64,000 nt of DNA from Candidatus Latescibacterota bacterium (GTDB lineage Bacteria > Latescibacterota > CBDEFO01). Location of the stretch: NCBI GenBank assembly GCA_965237525.1, contig CBDEFO010000003.1:288001-352000 (forward strand), read 5' to 3'. How positions within the stretch are numbered: the stretch's first letter is position 1; every line of letters begins with the position of its first letter. The notes beneath the pieces are model-generated. The model was given only the letters and a program-made list of their open reading frames with translations. It made no database searches and was not told the DNA's origin. Below, one piece after another: positions 51,776-62,928 of this stretch. The translations under genes were made by a program, and so were the position numbers.

Positions 51776-54700
51776 CTATTTCAGAAATAACGTCTTCTTT
51801 GTAGCCACGAACTTCCCCGCAGCAATCCTGTAGAAATACACACCCGTTCCTACAAGTCTCCCCTGATCATCCGTACCGTGCCATACAACCGAGTAGAAAC
51901 CTGGATTCATCTTATCATCAACAAGAACCTTTATCTGTTGCCCAATGGCATTATATATGCTCAGCTTCACGGGCACTGTCCCGGAACCTGCAGGAATCCG
52001 AAAATCGATGGCAGTTTCAGCGTTAAAGGGATTGGGATAGTTCTGACTCAAAGATGCTTCCCTGGGCAATAGCGCAAACCGTTCATTTGCGGGACGCAGG
52101 TCTATCGCTCTTATAGCATCTGAGATCACTGCTCTGGTGACCGTGAAGCCTGCCTCGTTAGGTTTGCCTATAATCTCAAACTCTATCTCGACCAGTGAAC
52201 CATCACCTTCAAAGGGTGTAGCACCGGCCATAAGCACATTTATTTGACCCTCATTATTCAGATTAGATACCAACAGATGATTACTGTTATCTTCAATCGC
52301 CCTTACCTCTTTCACATCTATAACCCCAACGGGATATTTAATCCCTAAGTCAATCCCAAAGAGGCTATCTGGTCGATTAACTGATAGCTGGACAGTCCGC
52401 GTATTGTCGTGCTTATGCTCCAGACCTTCCAAAGAGATCCTGATGTTAGACGGTTCAGGTTCCACGGCCTTAGCAGCAGGAGGAAGGACATCTTGAAAGT
52501 CGCCATCTACATCACCTACAAGTATACTGATGAAATCCTGGCCGGTCTGATCGGCGCTCAGATTGAGATACTCTTTGCTTGGGGGATCAAACCTCCAAAA
52601 GCCCGAAGGGAACGGTAGAGATCGCACACCTCCCAATTTCTGGAGAATGACAGAAGGATCGTTAATAGTAGGAATAAGGTCACCATCAACGTCAGCCGCA
52701 AGTGTATCTTGACGGTTGAATGATCTTTTGCCACCCAAGAACTGGAGAACAAACACCGCATCATTAATAGTTATACCACCGTTACAGCCCCTTCTGTCTC
52801 AGCCCTCGATGGCGTAGCGCGGTAATCCTTTCCGGCAGTAACCAGAAGTAACTCGTGGGACCCATCAGCAAGAGTCGTATCCGAGTCAACAAAAGTTTCA
52901 CCAGGCAGTTCAACGATACTAATTACTATATCAGGTACGGTCTTAGTAGGATCTGAGAAGTATTTTACAGAACCAGAGATATTAAACTTTGCGATCTCTC
53001 CGACACCCGCCAAATCCACAAACACAGTATCTTCAACAGCATTAGGATCATTGCTCGGAATCGTCAAGACCGCAGGGAAGACCCCCCCGCTCTGAGGCTG
53101 GAACGTTACGACCAGAGTAACGCTGTCACCAGGAGTAATTACCGAGTTGGAAACACTGGAAAGAGTTGGATTGAAAGCGTAATTGACAGAATCGTCCACC
53201 GCCAATGTCCCAAAGGTCAGATTCGCATCCCCTAAGTTCCTGATCACCAATAGACTGTCAGAAGAACTCCCGGTCTTCACAGAATCAAAATTGATAGCAA
53301 GAGGAGACACATTGATGTCTGGTGCAATCCCTACACCGCTCAAGGATACAAATACCGTATCCTCAACAGCGTCAGGATCGTTGCTCGGAATGATCAACGT
53401 GGCACTCTTGAGCCCCGAAGCGCCTGGACTGAACTTCACAATTAGCGTATCGCTATCACCAGGAGCAATAACCGAACCCGAAACATTGGCAAGAATGGGA
53501 CTAAAGGTGAAAGCAAGCGGATTAGGGCCAGTCTTGGACAGAGTGCTCAAAACCAAAGTGTCATTACCGGTATTTGAAATGACCAGCATAGTATCTTTCA
53601 ACCCTCCTACCAGAACAGAATCAAAATCGATAGCGACGGGAGATACATTGATGTCAGGTACGACAGGAATAAAAGTAAATCCACCAAAGAGTGTGTCTGC
53701 CTGTCCGTCGGGATTTGTGACTATCACCTGCACAGTGCCAGCAGGATGAGTAGGAGTCTTGGCAGTTATGATACTATCAGACACTGCGACTACATTTGTA
53801 GCTGAGCCATCTCCGAGAGTAACAGTTGCACCACTTTGGAACCTACTCCCCACTATCGTCACAGACGTACCTCCCAATTCCGTTCCAGAAGTAGGGTTAA
53901 CAGCTGTCACACGAGGATCAGAAAGAAAAGTAAATTTGCCAGAAAGTGTGCCTGAAAGACCATTCAGATTTGTGACTAAAACGTCCACGGCGCCAGCAGG
54001 ATGATCGGGAATCACAGCGGCAATAGCATTGGAGGACAATACAACTACACTTGTGGCTGTGCTATCACCAAACGTAACAGTCGCTCCGTTCTGGAAATTA
54101 CTCCCTGCTATCGTCACAGACGTACCGCCCAATTCCGCGCCTGAAGTGGGACTAATAGCTGTCACTCGAGGATGAGAAAGAAAAGTAAATCCACCAGAAA
54201 GTGTGTCTGAAAGACCATTAGCATTTGTGACTATCACATCAACAGTGTCAGCAGGATGTGCAGGAGTCTTAGCAGTAATGGTGCCCAGAAGTCCTACAGA
54301 TACATTTGTGGCGGCACTATCTCCGAAAGTAACAGTTGCTCCACTTTGGAAACTCTTCCCTGATATTGTCATAAATGTCCGGCCTAATTGTGTGCCTGAA
54401 GTGGGCCTAACAGCTATCACGAGAGGGTGAGCAATAAACTCAAATCCATTCTTGAGTGTGTCTGAAAGACCACTAAGATTTGCTACTATCACATCTACTT
54501 TACCAGCAGGATGATCGGGAGTCACAGCGGCAATAGCATTGGAGGACAATACAACTACACCTGTGGCGGCACTATCTCCAAAAGCAACGCTCGCCCCACT
54601 TTGGAAACCACTCCCTACTATCGTCACAGACGTACCGCCCAATTCCGTTCTAGCAGAAGGATTAACAGCTATCACGAGAGGGTGAGCAATAAACTCAAAT

Positions 54701-57700
54701 CCATTCTTAAGTGTGTCTGAAAGACCACTAGGATTTGCGACTATCGCATCTACTTTACCAGCAGAATAATCGGGAGTCACAGCGGCAATAGCATTGGAGG
54801 ACAATACAATTACACTTGTGGCTGAGCTATCCCCAAAAGTAACAGTCGCTCCACTTTGGAAATTGCTCCCTACTATCGTCACAGACGTACCGCCTAATTG
54901 TGTGCCAGAAGAAGGATTAACAGCTGTCACACGAGGATGAGCAATAAACGCAAATCCATTCTTAAGTGTATCTGAAAGACCATTAGGATTTGTGACTATC
55001 ACGTCCAGAGCGCCAGCAGAATGAGAGGGAGTCAGAGCGGCAAGAGCATTGGAGGACAATACAACTACACCTGTGGCTGAGCTATCACCAAAAGTAACAG
55101 TTGCTCCGCTCTGGAAATTACTCCCTGCTATCGTCACAGACGTACCGCCTAATTCCGTTCCAGAGGTAGGATTAACAACTGTCACAACAGGATGAGCAAT
55201 AAACTCAAATTCATTCTTAAGTGTGTCTGAAAGGCCATTGGTATTTGTGACTATTACATCTACAGTGCCGACAGGATGAGCGGGAGTTGTAGCAGTAATA
55301 GTATTGGAGGAGACTACGACTACATTTGTGGCTGAGCTATCACCAAAAGTAACAGTTGCTCCGCTCTGGAAATTACTCCCTGCTATCGTCACAGACGTAC
55401 CGCCCAGTTCCGTGCCAGATGTAGGATTAATGGCTGTCACACGAGGATGAGAAAGAAAAGCAAATCCATTCTTGAGTGTGTCTGAAAGGCCATTAGCATT
55501 TGTGACTACCACATCCACGATAGCTACAGGGTGTGAGGGAGTCGTAAGAGTGATGATGTCGGAGGAGACCACGACTACATCTGTAGCTGTGCTATCTCCA
55601 AAAGTAACAGTCGCTCCACTTTGGAAACTGATCCCTGCTATCGTCACAGATGTTGCGCCTAATTGTGTGCCTGAACTGGGACTAATAGATGTCGCACGAG
55701 GATGAGCAATAAACTCAAAACCATTCTTAAGTGTGTCTGAAAGACCATTGGTATTTGTGACTATCACGTCCCCAATACCTGCAGGATGTGAGGGAGTCGT
55801 AGCAGTAATAGTATTAGAGGAGACTACTACCACAGATGTGGCGGTACTATCTCCAAAAGTAACAGTCGCTCCACTCTGGAAATTGCTCCCTGTTATCGTC
55901 ACAGATGTTGCGCCTAATTGTGTGCCTGAACTGGGACTAATAGATGTCGCACGAGGATGAGCAATAAACTCAAAACCATTCTTAAGTGTGTCTGAAAGAC
56001 CATTGGTATTTGTGACTATCACGTCCCCAATACCTGCAGGATGTGAGGGAGTCGTAGCAGTAATAGTATTAGAGGAGACTACTACCACAGATGTGGCGGT
56101 ACTATCTCCAAAAGTAACAGTCGCTCCACTCTGGAAATTGCTCCCTGTTATCGTCACAGATGTTGCGCCTAATTGTGTGCCTGAACTGGGACTAATAGAT
56201 GTCGCACGAGGATGAGCAATAAACTCAAAACCATTCTTAAGTGTGTCTGAAAGGCCATTAGCATTTGTGACTATCACGTCCACAATAGATGCAGCAAGTG
56301 AGGAAGTCGTAAGAGTGATGATGTCGGAGGAGACCACGACTACACTTGTGGCTGTGCTATCTCCAAAAGTAACAGTTGCTCCACTCTGGAAATTGCCCCC
56401 TGTTATCGTCACAGATGTACCGCCTAATTGTGTGCCAGAAGAAGGACTAACAACTGTCAGAATAGGATGAGCAATAAACTCAAAGCCAGCAGAAAGTGTG
56501 TCTGAAAGACCATTGGCATTTGTGACTACTACGTCCACAATAGCTGCAGCATGTGAGGAAGTCGTAAGAGTGATGATGTCGGAGGAGACCACAACTACAT
56601 CTGTGGCTGAGCTATCTCCCAAAGTAACAGTTACTCCGCTCTGGAAATTACTCCCTGCTATCGTCACAGACGTACCGCCCAGTTCCGTGCCAGATGTAGG
56701 GTTAATAGATGTCGCACGAGGATGAGCAATAAACTCAAATCCATTCTTAAGTGTGTCTGAAAGACCATTAGCATTTGTGACTATTACATCTACAGTTCCA
56801 GCAGGATGAACAGGAGTTATTGCGGTAATGGTATTGGAGGACACTACAACTACATCTGTTGCTGAGCTATCTCCCAAAGTAACAGTCGCTCCACTCTGGA
56901 AATTACTCCCTGCTATCGTCACAGACGTACCGCCCAGTTCCGTGCCAGATGTAGGATTAATAGATGTCGCACGAGGATGAGCAATAAACTCAAATCCATT
57001 CTTAAGTGTATCTGAAAGACCATTAGGATTTGTGACTATTACGTCCAGAGCGCCAGCAGGATGAGAGGGAGTCTTAGCAGTGATGAGGTCGGAGGAGACC
57101 ACGACTACACTTGTGGCTGTACTATCTCCCAAAGTAACAGTCGTTCCACTTTGGAAATTACTCCCTACTATCGTCACAGACGCACCGCCCAATTGTGTGC
57201 CTGAAGTGGGACTAATAGATGTCACACGAGGATGAGCACTAAACTCAAATCCATTCTTAAGTGTGTCTGAAAGACCATTAGTATTTGTGACTATTACATC
57301 CACAGCGCCAGCAGGATGAACAGGAGTCGTAGCAGTGATAGTATTAGAGGAGACTACGACTACATTTGTGGATGAGCTATCTCCGAAAGTAACAATCGCT
57401 CCGCTCTGGAAATTACTCCCTGCTATCGTCACAGACGTACCGCCCAATTGTGTTCCTGAAGTAGGATTAACAACTGTCACAACAGGATGAGCACTAAACT
57501 CAAATCCATTCTTAAGTGTGTCTGAAAGACCATTAGCATTTGTGACTATTACATCTACAGTTCCAGCAGGATGAACAGGAGTTATTGCAGTAATGGTATT
57601 GGAGGACACTACAACTACATCTGTTGCTGAGCTATCTCCCAAAGTAACAGTCGCGCCGCTCTGGAAATTACTCCCTGTTATCGTCACAGATGTTCCACCC

Positions 57701-59195
57701 AATTGTGTGCCTGAAGTGGGATTAATAGTTGTCACACGAGGATGAGCAATAAACTCAAAGCCATTCTTAAGTGTGTCTGAAAGACCATTAGCATTTGTGA
57801 CTATTACATCTACAGTTCCAGCAGGATGAACAGGAGTTATTGCGGTAATGGTATTGGAGGACACTACAACTACATCTGTTGCTGAGCTATCTCCCAAAGT
57901 AACAGTCGCTCCAGTTTGGAAACTGCCCCCTGTTATCGTCACAGATGTTCCACCCAATTGTGTGCCTGAAGTGGGATTAATAGTTGTCACACGAGGATGA
58001 GCAGTAAACTCAAAGCCATTCTTAAGTGTGTCTGAAAGACCATTAGCATTTGTGACTATTACATCTACAGTTCCAGCAGGATGAACAGGAGTTATTGCGG
58101 TAATGGTATTGGAGGACACTACAACTACATCTGTTGCTGAGCTATCTCCCAAAGTAACAGTCGCTCCAGTTTGGAAACTGCCCCCTGTTATCGTCACAGA
58201 TGTACCGCCTAATTGTGTGCCTGAAGAAGGATTAATAGATGTCACAACAACACCAGGTGTCACATTAGAGCGATTCAACAACACTGATACATTATCGCTG
58301 TTCCTATTAGCCACAGCCAGGTCCTTATCTCCATCGCCATCTAAGTCTGCAATGACAACTGACTGGGGGTGCCTTCCGGCGTCGTAGTCCACCTTAGGTG
58401 TGAATGTTCCATCTCCATTATTCAACAACACTGATACATTATCGCTGTTCCTATTAGCCACAGCCAGGTCCTTATCTCCATCGCCATCTAAGTCTGCAAT
58501 GACAACTGATTGGGGCGCCTTCCGGCGTCGTAGTCCACCTTAGGTGTGAATGTTCCATCTCCATTATTCAACAACACTGATACATTATCGCTGTTCCTAT
58601 TAGCCACAGCCAGGTCCTTATCTCCATCGCCATCTAAGTCTGCAATGACAACTGACTGGGGGTGCCTTCCGGCGTCGTAGTCCACCTTAGGTGTGAATGT
58701 TCCATCTCCATTATTCAACAACACTGATACACCATCCTCATTGGTCACAACCAGGTCGTTGTCTCCATCCCCATCTAAATCTGCACTGAAAACTGAATTG
58801 GGTTCATCCCCAGTTGGATAGTCCACATTAAGTGCAAATGTTCCATCTCCATTATTCATCAAGACTGATACGCCATCCTCATTGGTCACAACCAGGTCGT
58901 TGTCTCCATCCCCATCTAAATCTGCACTGAAAACTGAATTGGGTTCATCCCCAGCGGGATAGTCCACATTAAGTGCAAATGCTCCATCTCCATTATTCAT
59001 CAAGACTGATACACCATCCTCATTGACCACAACCAGGTCGCTGTCTGCATCACCATCTAAATCTGCGCTGAAGACTGAGTTGGGTTCATCCCCAGCGGGA
59101 TAATCAGCAGGAGGTCTGAAAAGATCCTGTGTATAGGCAGGCGCAGGCAAAGCACCTAACAGGATGAGAACGATGTACCAGACCTTCCATTTCAT
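51776..59195 (-). pseudogene. Giant surface protein (~2473 aa if repaired): FG-GAP/VCBS repeats, 18 IPT/TIG repeats, two ASH-like Ig domains, dockerin-like, cohesin-like and FlgD/T9SS-type tail; two -1 frameshifts
   Basis: Three ORFs (58488-59195, 52771-58461, 51776-52756) join into one frame by adding one base at the 4-mer runs 58512-58515 and 52788-52791. The repaired junctions restore GRxPQSVVIADLDGD and NGGITINDAVFVLQFLGG. C-terminal tail LSQNYPNPFN...GVYFYRI. Confidence 0.8.
53665..58260 (-). repeat. 18 tandem ~255-bp IPT/TIG coding repeats
   Basis: 85-aa units PxVTxxxPxSGTxLGGTSVTIxGxNFQSGATVTFG; the units around 55700-56240 are nearly identical at nucleotide level. Confidence 0.9.
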
Positions 59196-59307
59196 TTTAG
59201 GTGATCCTTTTTAGCACATTATCCAAACTGGCAGCGACTCCCCCTCAAACAGGGGGAAGTGTTGAAGGGTTCCTTAAGCAATAAATACTACAATAAATAA
59301 CAAAGAA

Positions 59308-59323
59308 AGCAACTTCTGTACCA
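59308..59323 (-). promoter_or_regulatory. Sigma54 (-24/-12) promoter TGGTAC-N5-TTGCT
   Basis: Minus-strand TGGTACAGAAGTTGCT with canonical GG/GC spacing, ~115 nt upstream of the giant gene and next to an enhancer-binding protein gene. Confidence 0.65.
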
Positions 59324-59493
59324 CAGGAGGACCGAAAATAAAAAGCACTTGGGTGAGAAATCCAAGTGCTTGTATGTAAAGGGATTATGGATATTTAGAG
59401 GTCTATCAAGCGACGTTGCAGTATCTTATATAACTTTAGCTACATTAGTTTATTTTACACACATTGGGTAATATGAACCACTCTATCTGTGTA

Positions 59494-61089
59494 TTATGAA
59501 CTACTTCTCCTGATCTCTATCCTGTACTTTCGCATCCTATACCTCAACTTCTCCCGGCTGATCCCCAAGAGTCGAGCGGCTTTGCTCTGATTTCCCTTTT
59601 CTTCCTCCAACGCCCACGCAATCTGCGTCCGCTCCATGCCCTCTAAGGTGTGGTCAGCAAGCACCGGCGGTGCAGAAAGGTTCCTATCAGGAGACTCTAC
59701 CTTCTCTCTAGAAGCTGTCCGCCAGATCTCAGGCGGCAGATGCTCCAGGAGGATACTTCCCTCCTCAACCATCACTATGGCCCGTTTGATGACGTTCTGT
59801 AACTCCCGAATGTTTCCCGGCCAGGAGTAGGACAAAAATGCCTGCATCACCTCTGGAGATACCTCTTGAACCCTCCCACTCAACTCCTGATTGTATTTCT
59901 CAATAAAGTAATCAAGAAGGGAGGGGAGGTCCTCAATACACTCGCGTAGCGGCGGCAGGACGATGGGAACGACGTTAAGGCGGAAGAAGAGATCCTCTCG
60001 GAACGTCCCTTCTTTCACAGCCAGTTTGAGATCCCGGTTTGTTGCAGCGATCAGGCGCACGTCAACCCGGCGAACCTGGGTCTCTCCAACTCGACGGATC
60101 TCCCTGTCCTGCAACACATTCAGCAACCGGGTCTGAAGCCCTAGTGGCATATTGCTGATCTCGTCTAAGAATATCGTCCCACTGTCTGCCTCCTCAAAGA
60201 GGCCCTTCTTGTCCTGCACCGCCCCTGTGAAGGCTCCTTTCTTGTAGCCGAACAGTTCACTCTCCCAGAGCCCTTCCGCAATCGCCCCACAATCCACCGT
60301 CACAAAGGGCTTATCTCGTCGGGGGCTCCGATCGTGGATCACCTGGGCAACCAGCCCCTTCCCTGTCCCAGTCTCCCCGAGCAGCAGAACTGTTACTTCT
60401 CGCTGGACAACACGTTCGATCTGCTGGGCGACTTCCTGCATTGGCAGGCTCTGCCCGATGATCGGATGCTCTAACTCTAAGCGCATCTGGAGCCGTCGTT
60501 TTTCCGCTATAAGCTCCTCGTGGGCTCCGGCGTTATCGATGCTGATGGCGACCAAGTCTGCAAAGGTTGTGAATAGCTTCAAATCCTCATCGTCGAAGAA
60601 CTGTCCACCTCGCTTGTTGAGTACCTCCAGGACGCCGATGATCTCCCCCTTAACCTGCAGCGGCGCAGCGAGGATCGACCGGGTCTTGAACCCCGTCATC
60701 CGGTCAATTCCTTCGAAGAAGTGCTTGTCCCGCCGGACGTCAGAGACGATCCTAGGCTCCCCTGTCTCGGCAACCAATCCTGCGATTCCCTCACCCTTTC
60801 GGAACCGCTTATCCTGCGCCTCTTGCCCCTTCGGCCCTGTCGCTACCTTGATGACCAACTCGTCCGATATCTTATCCAGAAGGATGACCGACCCAGCCTC
60901 CGCGTCCATCACCCGAGTTGCCCACTCTATGGTCAGCCGAAGAACTTCCTCTAAAACGAGTGAGGAGGTGATCAGCTGGGCTACCTCCACCAGCGTAGCC
61001 ATGCGGTGGTCGATCCCACTTTCTCCAGCAGGCAATAGTTTCTCGACCAATCTCCTATCAGCTTTTAACTGTTTCTTTGATACGGTCAA
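59494..61089 (-). CDS. GAF + AAA+ + HTH sigma54-dependent transcriptional activator (NifA-like architecture)
   Basis: GAF domain, GETGTGK, ESELFG, GAFTGA, FLDEI, WPGNIREL and Fis-type HTH. Confidence 0.93.
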   Translation of the reverse strand: MTVSKKQLKADRRLVEKLLPAGESGIDHRMATLVEVAQLITSSLVLEEVLRLTIEWATRVMDAEAGSVILLDKISDELVIKVATGPKGQEAQDKRFRKGEGIAGLVAETGEPRIVSDVRRDKHFFEGIDRMTGFKTRSILAAPLQVKGEIIGVLEVLNKRGGQFFDDEDLKLFTTFADLVAISIDNAGAHEELIAEKRRLQMRLELEHPIIGQSLPMQEVAQQIERVVQREVTVLLLGETGTGKGLVAQVIHDRSPRRDKPFVTVDCGAIAEGLWESELFGYKKGAFTGAVQDKKGLFEEADSGTIFLDEISNMPLGLQTRLLNVLQDREIRRVGETQVRRVDVRLIAATNRDLKLAVKEGTFREDLFFRLNVVPIVLPPLRECIEDLPSLLDYFIEKYNQELSGRVQEVSPEVMQAFLSYSWPGNIRELQNVIKRAIVMVEEGSILLEHLPPEIWRTASREKVESPDRNLSAPPVLADHTLEGMERTQIAWALEEEKGNQSKAARLLGISREKLRYRMRKYRIEIRRSSS

Positions 61090-61351
61090 ACAGCAACCTC
61101 CTTATTGAAGTTTGAGCAGAAAGATACAAAAGAAACGGTTAGATGTTCTTTTACGCAACTTATAAAAAGATTCTTAGGGCACCAGCAAAGGTGATTTTTT
61201 ACCTTGAAACTTTTACCTCTCCTCAAGTGGTTCGCGCAGTTGAAGCTGTGGCTTGGTTGTATGCCCAAAGGTATTGTCTCCTTCCCGTTGGAGTGATTAG
61301 AGTGTCTTAGGATCGATCTGCGGTGCTCCTATTCATTCCTAAACGCACAGG

Positions 61352-61790
61352 TTACATAATAAGTCGGGAATTGCTTATTCTGATCTTTTCAGAGAGATCG
61401 TTTATAACATTTCTTAATATCTTGAAACCTATATTGTGGTGTTTTCTGAGCAGTCTGTCGAACTCCGCGGTGTTTACGATCAGGCTATTGACTTTTCTGA
61501 AGTAACTACCGTCGCTGTCCTTTCCCTTCCTGTGAGGGCGCCTATTTCTCCTACCAGTTGTCCAGGGTTAATTTCAGCTGGGTGTAACGGCGCCGAGAGG
61601 CGCCGTTACACCCAGTTTGCCTGACATGAGGATGAACATCTCCCTGCTGTCTTCCCCGTATTTGAATATCACCTCATTTGGATCATAGTCCTTCCGCTCA
61701 CATATGCTCAGCAGGACTCGTACCTCATTCACAGAGAGTTCCTGGAACATGGGGATCTTGTTTATCATGTTCAGCAGTTTCGGGTCTCTT
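61352..61790 (-). pseudogene. Cyclic-nucleotide-binding domain protein, disrupted
   Basis: KIPMFQEL...VIFKYGE...MFILMSG, then in other frames INPGQLVGEIGAL...RTATV and ...FKILRNVINDLSEKIR. Broken at a perfect 17-bp inverted repeat (61578-61615) and at a second frameshift. Confidence 0.75.
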
Positions 61791-61976
61791 TTTGTGTCTT
61801 ATTCTCCTTCACGTAACGGATGGCTCTTCCCCTAAAACAGTGACGTGAACCCCAAAACATGCAAAGTTGACATAATATACGACGATTCCAACTCTTTGTC
61901 AATCTTTTTGTGATCATAACATATATATTCTTCAATAGTTTACTATTTATAGAATATTCTACAAATAGTATATAAA

Positions 61977-62067
61977 CCGACATCACCCATATCACATTGA
62001 TGAGGGATTATATCTCGATATGATCTTGTTTGTGATTGAATATTACCACTTTTACATTTTTCAGCAA
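61977..62067 (-). mobile_element. Solo IS1380-type right end (copy 3, shorter)
   Basis: CCGACATCACCCATATCACATTGATGAGGGATTATAT... matches the start of the copy at 39981. Confidence 0.75.
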
Positions 62068-62928
62068 ATGCCTTTTGTAAAAGGCGGTTGAAAAGTGTGA
62101 CATCCGAGATTAACTTCCTGCCTTCTACAGTCGCTCTACTACGTCGTGTAAGTCCGGTGTTTGTGATGTCTGGATGATTCCTCCGTCAGTTAGCTCTCCT
62201 ATGGAAAAAAGTTTATGCTGTCAGCATCAATTATCTCTCATAATTTGAAGTGCCTCCCTGTCCGAAATCTCCCTAAATGTTTTCGCCTTTTTTCTAGACC
62301 TTAAAATACTGGATGTCATTCTCAGTTAAGATCTTTGTCAATCTTCACCTTATTCAGAGTATTTTTGAAGATGTGGGGGATTTTCATTAGCTTTCAGACC
62401 GGTCAGCAACATTTTATTTACATCTAACAGCTTCTTTCGTATTTTCCCATCAGAATGATCCCGGCTATCAACCTTGGAACAAATAGTGAAGGAGATCCTG
62501 ACCCAAATCGAAGCGAATATCTTGAAAGAGTCCTGTGAGTAAATTTGGCAAAAGCTATCTTCATTGCTATGGCTATCCTTAACGCTGCGGTAGCAATCGA
62601 GCCGACGGCACCCCGTTTTCAGAGGTTACAGCGTTTGCATCAACACTGAAGCCTGAATCTAAAGAGCGTTCCTGTGCTTCTTTGCCAATATTGTCTCAAC
62701 CTTCTGTCCTTGCTCCTTAGCTGGGAGTTCAACAATCGGTCTGAGTATTCGTTCGGTCACGATAGGTGATGGCAAGGAATCACCGAGGGTGACAAGGATT
62801 CTCAAGACTTCTGCGGATAGCTTGAGGGGACGTGAGAATTCAAGTCAAATTCTCTTACGCTTTTTCTTAGTGCTGGGAAGCTTAAATACTGCCCTAAAAG
62901 TTCTGTCTATTAACCTGTTTGGTGCTAT

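Noticed and set aside
43300..59110. Regularly spaced repeats as a possible CRISPR array
   Set aside because: The units are 120-255 bp in-frame coding repeats without unique spacers, and no cas genes are present.
41294..61108. Long antisense ORFs (41294-42253, 47076-48257, 53183-58387 series, 60458-61108)
   Set aside because: They are shadows of well-supported opposite-strand genes, and their repeats merely mirror the coding repeats.
62070..62920. Possible gene or IS remnants in the non-coding stretch before repeat copy 2
   Set aside because: No recognisable motif was found in the frames read by eye; blastx would be needed.
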